Shown here: one piece after another, positions 54,581-64,000 of the stretch
Layout: every line of letters starts with the position of its first letter
Position numbering within the stretch: the first letter of the stretch is position 1
Assembly: GCA_013265495.1 (NCBI GenBank)
Contig: MU058718.1
Coordinates: forward strand, 3,734,081-3,798,080
Direction of reading: 5' to 3'
Source of the DNA: Vicugna vicugna
Taxonomy: Eukaryota
DNA length: 64,000 nt
Position numbers and translations under genes: made by a program
Notes under the pieces: generated by a model
Seen by the model: only the letters and a program-made list of their open reading frames with translations
Told to the model about the DNA's origin: nothing
The model's database searches: none

Positions 54581-56539
54581 CTATTTAGAAACACTTCAGC
54601 TTCTGTAAAAAAGGTCAAAATTGAAAACACAGACTAAAGATATCTGGAAAGCAGAGACTGTCTTACTCATGTTCGCATTTCATAAAAGCTTGTAACAGAA
54701 GTTCACACAGTAGGCACCCAAAAATATTTATATGAATTTAATAGAAAATAACTCTGAAAAGTATTGGAATACACAGTATAATCAAGAACAAATGTTTTGT
54801 CCTTGATTCATTATTCATAACTATATTTTATCTGAGCAATAATTATTATCCTTGTTTTAAAAGAATCCAAAAGTCCTTTGGAATGCATGCCAAGTCTCTT
54901 TAGCACCAGATTTCTACCTTCTTAAGTATGTTTTACTAAACTTAGCTTCAAATCCCAGAGCACTATGTAAATCTTTAAAAGGCAGGAAACAAGTCAGAAG
55001 CAAACCAGGTGGGAATTAGCATTTTACTATGGGTAATACAAATGTATAGCTCACAAGGCAAGAACCAAAAAATAGGTATCATTTGACCTTTTTAGATATT
55101 GGATCTTATGTTCAATAAAGGGGTTTGGGGGACTTTTCCATTCTATGTGGTATTTTAAATCACTGGAAGCTGGTTACCCAGCTACTGAATTAAGATATGC
55201 TGAAAGGGAATCTTCAAAAATTTATATATGGAGAAATCATTTTAATACATTAGAAATGCTGTGGGTGTTTATTTCTAATTTTAATTGTAAACTTTGTAAA
55301 AGAAAATTATATTTCATCTTTCCAGCAAAAATTAAACCCCACAAGATGAGTAACTCTGAGAATACTGAAGCCATTATAGAGAAAAGATATGGCACCTAGG
55401 AAACTGTCTCCTGGCAACTGAAATTAAAAGGAAATATTATTTTTCTTAAACTATTATGTCTCTTTCTAACAGCAGAAGTTGAAGAATGACAGAAAAAACA
55501 TTTGTCTGAATGAGTAACTGAGAATGACTTCCAAAAACACAGCGAAAGGGAGCTTGTACAGAAAGGACAAACAGAATTGAGGAAACAAAGTATTAACAAA
55601 AAATGAATTTTAAGAATGTTTGAGCTGGAGTAGAGATGTAAGTCACAATGAGATGGTTACACATAACAGATCACAAACATTACCATGCAGATTCTTAGAT
55701 CATTCTGCTATTAACAACACCCTTGAAGAAGAAGGTTAAAAGGAATGATGCAGAGCCTTGGAAGAAAGAAGTAAATCATTTAACAGGCTGTTTATGTCTA
55801 TTGACTACAAAAGCATTCCATAAACTATTAAATGATTCCTCTAGAAGAATGATGCCATCATGATTAGGGCATTGCATGTGTATATATATAAACATATATA
55901 TTCACATATGTACATGAAAAGACCTCAACAGAAAAATAAGCAACTAAAAAAAGAAGAAATACTAATGGTTAAAAATCATAGAGGGAAAAGCTCAGTCTTA
56001 CCAGTAATTAAAGAAATGCTACTTAAAAGGATATAAACATTTTGGCTTTTATAACTTACAAAAGTTAAAAAATAGATATACTCAGAATTGGAAACATTCA
56101 AAAACACTGAAAAATATCTATACCCTTTAATGAAACAATTCCATTTTTAGAAATTTATTCTAAGGAAATTATCAGGGCTATGCATATGTATTTATCTATA
56201 TAATGGTTCATTACAGCATTATTTATTTAACAAAAAATTGGAAACAATCTAAATTCCCTAATTGTAGAATACTGTAAATAAATTATGTCACAGCTATACT
56301 GTGCAAAATATGAAGCATTTTGAAAACATGTTATACAAAAATACCTAATCATGAGAAAACATGTTCACAGATTTAAGAAAAAAAGCAGATGGGAAGTATA
56401 ATTCCCATTACAAAAACAAATAAATCTGCATGTATTTACAATCACTGAAAAAAGTCAACTTTAGAAGTATTTGGTTCCTATGGAATTGTTTCATCCTTTA
56501 ATCATCTTTGAGTCAGCTATTTTGAAAATGGGTGGTTAC

Positions 56540-57050
56540 TCTTCCTGCTGACTATTGTCCGTGTCATGCCCACCATTCTAAGCTCTTCTCTATATTGAAG
56601 AGACTAGAAGTGTGGAAACTACAGTACTACAACTTTTATAATCCCTTCTTAGCAGAGTTCTGGTTTAGATTTTGCCCATAAAAGGCTCTTATGACACTTG
56701 AAGGAGAGAGTGAAGAAGAAACCTCTACTGTGTTCTGCGAGAGTGGACAGATATGTAAGCAGATAACACCTATGAGGCTTCTAGCACATGCCATGCCCAA
56801 GGTTCACAACTGTACCAGTTCACAGGTAGTAGCCAATATTTTGGCCAGATGGTCAAGTACTTTGAAGAAGAATGTGCCTGGACCTTTGGAGTGGGCATAG
56901 AATATAAGAATATTTGGTCCCATGTGAATGCTCACCAAAGGGCATTCACTGTAGAAGAGGCTCTCAAAAATCAGATGGACAAGGTGACTCATTTTGTGGA
57001 TTTCAGTCAGCCTCCTCCTGCTCCAACCACTCCTGCTCAGTAGGCCCATA
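56540..57050 (+). mobile_element. ERVL-class remnant with pol-like (RNase H/integrase junction) sequence
   Basis: ORF 56849-57043 reads IWSHVNAHQR...EEALKNQMDKVT..VDFSQP, resembling ERV-L pol (HVNAHQ...EE..NNQVDKMT..VD.SQPL). Confidence 0.7.
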
Positions 57051-58520
57051 AACTAACTCAGCAAAAGAAACGTGAAGCACCCATATTAATATCAGATAAA
57101 ACAGACTTGTGGCAAAAAGCACTACTAAAGATAAAGAGGCTCACTACATAAACATAAAGGGCTCAATTTATCAGGAAGTTGTAACAAGTCCACATTTGTG
57201 TACGCCTAACAACTTAGCTCAAAAGTCCACAAATAAGGCTTAATGGAAGATTAAAGGAAGCCTGACAAATTCACTGTCATGTTTCAAAACAACTCTCAGA
57301 ATTTTAAAGTATCTATCAAATATCAATACCTGGTAGATCAAGCAGTCTGAAAATCAGAGCTTGGAAGATATGAATAATACATTTAATAAGCCTGAGCTAA
57401 TGAACATATACAACACACTGCATCAAAAACTCGTAAACAAAAAGTGCTTTTCAAACTTATGTGGTGTGTTTATAAAAATTAAACATGTAGTAGTACATAA
57501 AACAAGTTTCAACAAAGTTTAAACCATACGTATTCTATAAACCTGAACTGTGCAGTATTGGCTACATGTGGCTGTTTAAATTAATTAAAATTAAATAAAG
57601 TTAAGTGTTTGGTTCTCATTCTCAGTAGCCATACTTCAAATGCTCAAGAGATGCATATGACTAGAGGCTACCATATTAGAGAGGACAGATATAGAACATT
57701 TCATCACCACAGCAAGTGGTGCTACTGTACAACATATACTCTGACTAGAATAAAATTAAGTGAGATCAATAACAAAAATATAATTTAGAAAAACCCATAC
57801 TTTCTACATATTTAAAGGTAAAGAAAGAAATCATTGTGGACATTTAAAATACTTAAAACTTATTGAGAATCAATCTAATGCATATCAACACATATAGGAC
57901 ATAGCAAAATTGATAGTTAGAGAAAACCTATAGCCCTAAATACATATATTAGAAGAAGAAGAAAAATTAGAAATAAATGAGCTCACTATTCAACTTTTTA
58001 AGTTAAAAAGAGAATATAGAATAAAACCAAAGAAAGTACAAGAAGGAAATGACAGAGATGCACAGAAATTAAGTAAATACAAAAGAAATAAAAAGGAGAG
58101 ATTAACAATAAAAGATGAAATTTAAAAAGTTACACATAAACAAAATTGAGAACAACCTCATGCCAAGTTGATGAAACAGACAGATTCCAAGAAAAACATA
58201 AATCGCTAAAACTGACTCGAGAAGAAATAGAAAGCTCTAATTGTTCTGTAACCAATACAGAAGTTAAATCAATAGTCCAAAATCAATAATTACAGAAAAA
58301 GCATTCATTACAAGTCAATATACAATGATGATTTTTAAAAATTTACTTAGGAATAAAGAAGAACATTCTTAATCTGATTAAAACAAGAGAAGGACATAAA
58401 AGACAAAGATTAAAAAGGAATGAATAAAGCAATAACTATTACAGGTGATAGGTTTCTTTATGTAGAAAATCCTAAAACATCAAAAGGCAATTTAGTAGAA
58501 TTAATAAGAAAGTTTAGCCA
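57050..58520 (+). mobile_element. Old L1 ORF2 (endonuclease region) fragment interrupted by a MER3-like element at about 57540-57730
   Basis: L1: atattaatatcagataaaacagact...gataaagaggctcactacata...aaactgactcgagaagaaatagaa. MER3-like: ctacatgtggctgtttaaatt...tagccatacttcaaatgctcaa...ggctaccatatt. Confidence 0.65.
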
Positions 58521-60604
58521 GAAGGAACAGATATATAGAAAATGAGGCAAGTAAAAACAGAGTCTGATTTCAAGGAAAATAGAATACAGTTGGAAAAGAA
58601 AGATCAAGAGATAACTATAATAAACTGAAGATCGTTTCGAATCTTTCCTCCAAAAACAAACACAGAAACTTAAAAATTAATTTCCAACAAATGTCTTTTC
58701 AACAAATTTCCTATACTTACTGTGAAGCTACAATAGGTTTTTTTTAAGGGGCAGGAAAAGCTGACACCTTAGTGCAAACATTATTTTTCTAAAGCAATAT
58801 TGCACAAACAATTCCAGTTACATTGTAGAAAACTCAAATTCCCAAGTGGTATCCCAAGTTTTAAAGCAAATGTAATTATCAGAAACAAACAAAAAAGGGT
58901 GCATTTTTGTTTTGTTTCTGGGAGTACTTAAGCTCTAAGCTCAACACTAAAGAATGCTTTCTAGGTTACCGTCTCTGATATTTATTTGTCTCCTTTATTT
59001 TTCAAGCTAGCACATTCTTTGCCTTCATTTCTATTCCAAGGTGATCAAGTTTATAGAGCACTGATTTCTTTTACCAGCTTAAGCCTCGATAGGTTTGTTG
59101 TGGCATCTACTGGCATTCTATTCTAGTTCCTTGTCCTTATCGCATGGACTAAGCAAACAACTCTAAATTTAAATCCTAGATCTATAACTTATAAATTATC
59201 GAATATCTGGGAAGTTATTAATGCTGTCTGAGTCTCAGGTTCCTTATATATTAAAGAAAATAATGTTTACCTTTGAAGAATTGACTTTAAATGATTAAAT
59301 TTACTCAAACTTCTAGTTCAGTGTAGATTTAGTATAGATGGTAAGATTCTCAGTTTGGGAAGCACAGACTTGCTTCCCAGTTGTATCTCTGAGTATGATC
59401 CTCAAACACCACCCCTGACTCTGGGTGTCAGCAGAGATGCTTTCCTGTTTTCTAGCTCCCATGGCTCTTGTAGGTCTTTGACTACTTAGATAAAAAATAA
59501 TACCTGTTACATGGTTCGACAGGGTCCTTACCTGAATTTTAGGTCCTCTGTACAAATTCTTCAAAGATCTCTCTTGCCCTTTTCTTGGAAACCCTACATT
59601 TTCCAATTCTGGATAGTTTACCTTACTCCTCTGCCCTTTGCTTTCTAACTCATCTGAAAAATATGTATTTAACTAGATGACAGACAGTTCACTGTCTTCT
59701 AAGCTATCACCTGAGTTTTTTCTCATCAGAGCTCTCTGGCTTCTATGAGGGCCTGTTTTCTCTATTACTGTCACACCATGTCCCATTATCTTATAAAAAC
59801 ATTCCACAGCATTATGTTATAGAAAATAAATTAGAAGACAACTCTATGTTCTAATCTCAGTCCTTTAACTTACTAAATACTATGTGACTTTCATCAAATT
59901 ATTTAACCTACCTGTGACTCAGTTTTTTCATCTGCAAATAGAGAACACGTCCTGACATATTAAGATGCTAAAGATCAAATGCAGTAATGCATGTGAATGT
60001 GCTTGGAAAACTGTAGTTTTATACAAGGCAAAAGGTATTATCCATTCAACAAAATACTGGTGATGATAAAAGAATCTGAAGTCAGACTACCAGAGTTGGA
60101 GTCCCAGCCCTATTATTTACCTTTTAATAATGTAAAATGAGGATTTTAATCCCGACTTCATACAATATTAGTTCAATGATGTTAGTTATTATTGCTATTA
60201 TTAAATGCCTATTATATGTTGGGCATTGCACCAGGTGCTGGTATTAAAATGGAATCAAGACAGACACGACTAATATCTTTGCCAAAAACCTCTATCTCTT
60301 ACTCCACATGCTATATTTTTTCCTAAGTCATTTATGTTACATATACTTTACAGCAAAGAAAAAATCTGAGTAGTAAAGTGCTTCCATAGAGCATCAAGGT
60401 AAGACTCCATAATTCCGCTATTTCTTTTCTGTAAGACTTCCAGTGAACATACAGTGACTGTGGAATTTCTTTTCTTAATCATCACTTGACTCAAAACTCT
60501 TTTGATGACTTCTGGGTAAACTATCTGGGATATGTTTCTAACAAATGTAAATAATCTAAGATAGTGTTTCTGAAAGTAACATCCAAAGACTATCTGCTTC
60601 TCAA

Positions 60605-60750
60605 TCACCTAGAATGCTAATTAAAAGGCAGATTCCTAGACCCTACTGCAGACCCATTGATTCAAAAGCTCAAGCTGGAAGATGTGGGAGTCTGCATTTC
60701 TAATAAGTTCCCAATGTGATTTTTATGCAAATCTCACTTGAGAACCACAT
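60605..60750. mobile_element. MER5-like hAT-Charlie MITE
   Basis: atcacct...ttaaaaggcagattcct...tctgcatttctaataagttccca...tgagaaccac. Confidence 0.65.
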
Positions 60751-61599
60751 TCTCAGAGGAAGAAAAAACCTCCACTACATAAGAAATCTGTAACCAAAGG
60801 AAATACTGAAGAATGACGATCCAAAGCTTGTGAAGGAGGAAAATTTAAATACTCAGAATAAATTTTCACATGCCTGTCTCTTAACAGGGTTTGAATCAAT
60901 AGTGCACAGAGATTAAGATCAAAGTTGACTTGAACATACACATCTTAACTGTAAGCATTTAAGAAATTCCTATTCTAGAGCCCAAGAGAAAGGAAGGAAA
61001 GTGAACACTCTAAAAAAGTTTACCTGTATTTCAGGAGAACCAAAGAAAATGGTGTTATTACAGTAGTCACGCCTACTAAAATTGAGATTTGGTGATAACA
61101 GAAAATGGAATTGCTTTCTCTTAAACTCGGACAATGAAAGATAGGCCTCCCTGCTCCAACTCCCCACGTCTACCATAAACCTTGGATAATCTCTCAGATG
61201 TAAACTTGGCCTACTTGGGATTAAGTTGGTGCTGTGACCAATCAGAGGCAAGGACAAATACGATCTTTTCATAAAAGATAACCAATTTTCACAAAAGATA
61301 ACCAAAATAACCAATTTAAATTTAAATTTATATCTCTTACTCTGATGGACAGTTACAGAAGAGATCTCTATGAGACAGGGAAGAGAATCAATCAAGGAGC
61401 TTTGAACTTCAAGCAGATGTAAACTTTCCAAGTAACAATTCAAAGCTAATGAACAAAATCTTTCTCTGCTTACTAAGCCACAGAGGTCTGAGATCTGCTC
61501 TGGTGCAGATAATAAAACGCCCTAAGATGGCAGTGAGTTTAGCATTGTGACTGGAAGAAGTCGGGAGTCCAAAGAGGGAAAAGACGCCCAACCTGCCCA

Positions 61600-62750
61600 C
61601 ACTAATCGTCCTCAACAGAGTCTGGAGCAGCAGAGCGGGCGGGGCTTTGATTTCTCCTGCATCACTGTGCTCTCTCTTCTCCGCCTGCGTGAGCGCCGCC
61701 CACCCACTCGCGGCATGAACCCACTGGGCCTAGCCTCTCCTCCCCCCTCCCCTCGGCCTGGTGCTGAATCATGAGCCCAATATCTCCAAAAGGTAAAATC
61801 TAAGAACAATGCCACCCTTGGGCTGGCCTGAATTGGGTACCAGGTTGGGGTGGGGCAGAAGGCTGGAAACCACAACTTTGCTTCCCTTCTTCCCAAATCT
61901 CCCATCCAACCCCCAAATTAAAACGAGTACTGCAGCGCTGGGGGATTCCCAAGTGGCTGCCCCTTCTCCGAGGCTGCTCAGGTCTGCAATGCTCGGACCC
62001 GGGCCCAGCGCGCTCTGCCTCATTGTTCAAACACTGCCAGCCCGCCCGCCCGCCCGCCGGGAGTCCGCGCCCTGCCAGGCCCGCGAGCTCGCAGCTCCCA
62101 GGGAAGAGGGTTGGGGATCTCTGACCCTCGTCCCTCACCCCACTGGGCCAGGTAACTACAGCCCCCTGCCCACCTTCTTCGCCTCTCTGCCAACCTACCG
62201 CTAAAGCGGAACCAACGAGTACCCCGGAGGCAACCAAGTGGGTGCTGTCCAAATGCTGGGAGGCGGAAGACTGGGCTGGGGGCGGGGGCGGGTGAGAAGC
62301 AAGAGTCTCCGGCCTGCGCGTAGCTGCGGCCCTGGCCCCCATAGCGCGATGCCGGTTCCACTGGTACCCCTCGGTCACGGTTCCTCCCGCCCGACAGGGA
62401 GCAGCTCGGCTGTGGCCGTCTCCCAGCGCTGGATGCTGGCGCCGAGCAGCCCTTGGCCCTCGTTTTCTCCAGAAGCAGAAAGCGGAGGGCGGTCTGCAGA
62501 AGTCACCATGCTACTCACCCCAACTGTTTCTGTCCCTACGGTTCTTGGCCATGGTGGTCCGGGGACTGGCGGCGGTGGGGCGCTGTCACTGCGCTCGCTC
62601 TTCTCCCGGGCCGCAGGTTGCCGGCGGTGGGAGGCTCTGTGCCCGCGCTGGGCGCAGTTCGCTCAGACTCTGAGGATGTTGCTGTGGCGCTGGTGGGAAG
62701 GAGTAGGGAGGAGAAGGGAGGAGAAAGCGGATGAACCAAGCTCAGCATCA
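61600..62750. promoter_or_regulatory. CpG island / ATL1 promoter region
   Basis: Abrupt rise in GC and CpG density around ATL1 exon 1; GC boxes (GGGCGGGGC) at about 61637 and 62279-62292. Confidence 0.85.
62519..62552 (-). CDS. ATL1: ATL1 first coding exon, start codon
   Basis: Strong Kozak accaccATGG at 62552; MAKNRRDRNSW(G) then donor G|gtgagt. The 14 exon lengths sum to 1677 nt (558 aa plus stop) in one open frame. Confidence 0.97.
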
Positions 62751-63399
62751 CAAGCCTGAGTTCACACAAATACCAGCGTCACACCCTCCCTATCTCAGCC
62801 CACCCCCATAGCCCGAAGACAGTGACAGACGACGTACTGCAACATTTTCACTGGAAAACACACACAAATAAACAGCACCCCCTTACACACCCTCAAAGAA
62901 TTTTTATACGGTCACGGAAATACACAAACCAATATACTGTATGATACTAGATGTTCAAATACCTGTTTCCTAGAACAGTTACATATTTGTATAAACACGC
63001 TGGCAATATTTATACAGCCAAAAAATTTTTAATAATCTTCATTTATCTACCAGGCACCATTTCCCCCATAATGTAAAAGCAAGGTCATATTAGTAAAGAG
63101 GGTGTTGTCCATTTTTGTACTGTATACTGAACAGGCCTATCTTTTAAAATTAGGATAACAAAATTTAGATTAAGAAGATCAAGATAAATGAAAGCTAGAG
63201 ATTCAGCATAATGTGTAACTAACTCCATGTCTAGTGGGCAAAATTTCACACTAGATTTGCAGAGATATAGTCTGGAGTTATATTGGCAAATATTCTAAGT
63301 AGTCAATCTACATAGTCAGGGAGAGTCTTTGCAGTAACAAAGGTTGCAGGCAATTTTGAATGGAAAGCAAAAGGCAATAAATACTTAAGAAAATAAAAC

Positions 63400-63920
63400 T
63401 ATTCTCAATCTCTCCCTTTTCACTGGCTTCTTCTTTACCTATGAACTTAAATTTTCAGTGTCCTAGAAACACTGTCCCTTCATGCTACTTGACTCTCAAG
63501 ATACCATCATCCCATTCCTCACCTCCTCACACAGTTTTCTCCTGCATTTGGTTATTACCCACACTCTACACAGATCAGTTCCACCTAGGAGATTACTGCT
63601 AGCCTCTTAATTACCAGATTCCTGATCTCTGTTTATTCCTCATGATAAGCAACTCTTCACTCTATGTTCCCTCATAGATGGATGGCTTCAGATAGGACCT
63701 CCATGCTGTTGATTCCCAAATCTATTCTTCTAGCCTTAAGCTCTCTTAAGGAGAGAAAATCATCCTTCCAGAGCTGACTTTATAACTGCCTGAGGTCATC
63801 TTCACTTTCTTTTCCTAATGACACTTCAAAATCAATATGTCAAAAACCAAACCCACTCATCACTGCCAAAACTTATGTATTCCATATTTCAGTTAATGGT
63901 TCTGTGACCTCAGAACACTG
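63400..63920. mobile_element. L2 fragment
   Basis: catgctgttgattcccaaatctattcttctagcc...ataactgcct...cacttcaaaatcaatatgtcaaaaaccaaac. Confidence 0.6.
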
Positions 63921-64000
63921 TAAACCATTACATTGTTTACAAGTTTACATTATGGTTTTAAAGGGGACTATGTTCAGTCGAGTTACATTTCCTAGACACT

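Noticed and set aside
60970..61443. 157-aa - strand ORF in ATL1 intron 1
   Set aside because: No recognisable homology, no supporting splice structure identified, and a composition typical of random AT-rich sequence.
61750..61770. REST/NRSE-like TTCAGCACC on the - strand in the ATL1 CpG island (and ggtgctgtcc at 62241)
   Set aside because: Half-sites only; the GGACAG partner at canonical spacing is absent.
61547..62769. Many overlapping long ORFs (up to 192 aa) on both strands
   Set aside because: Expected from stop-codon depletion in a GC-rich CpG island; no recognisable domains. Only 62519-62552 fits the ATL1 reading frame.

Overview
This window is mammalian genomic DNA, most likely camelid, inferred from three Vic-1-type tRNA-derived SINEs. 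It holds two convergent genes. On the + strand are the last three coding exons and 3' UTR of SAV1 (Hippo-pathway WW/SARAH scaffold). On the - strand is the complete 14-exon coding region of ATL1 (atlastin-1, ER-fusion GTPase): 1677 nt, 558 aa, all GT-AG introns, with its CpG-island promoter at about 61.6-62.75 kb. The introns are mostly interspersed repeats (L1, L2, MIR, MaLR/ERVL, hAT fossils, SINEs) and microsatellites. I found no clearly new gene system. The most interesting signals concern RNA processing: a 15-nt neural-type microexon, two candidate unannotated in-frame terminal exons near the ATL1 3' end, an unidentified GC-rich retrocopy-like insert beside two palindromes, a (UG)10 tract at the exon 6 acceptor, young L1 fragments abutting splice sites, facing SAV1/ATL1 poly(A) signals, and a candidate antisense exon in the ATL1 CpG island. 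Comparisons with human proteins and repeat consensus sequences are from memory, not from database searches.
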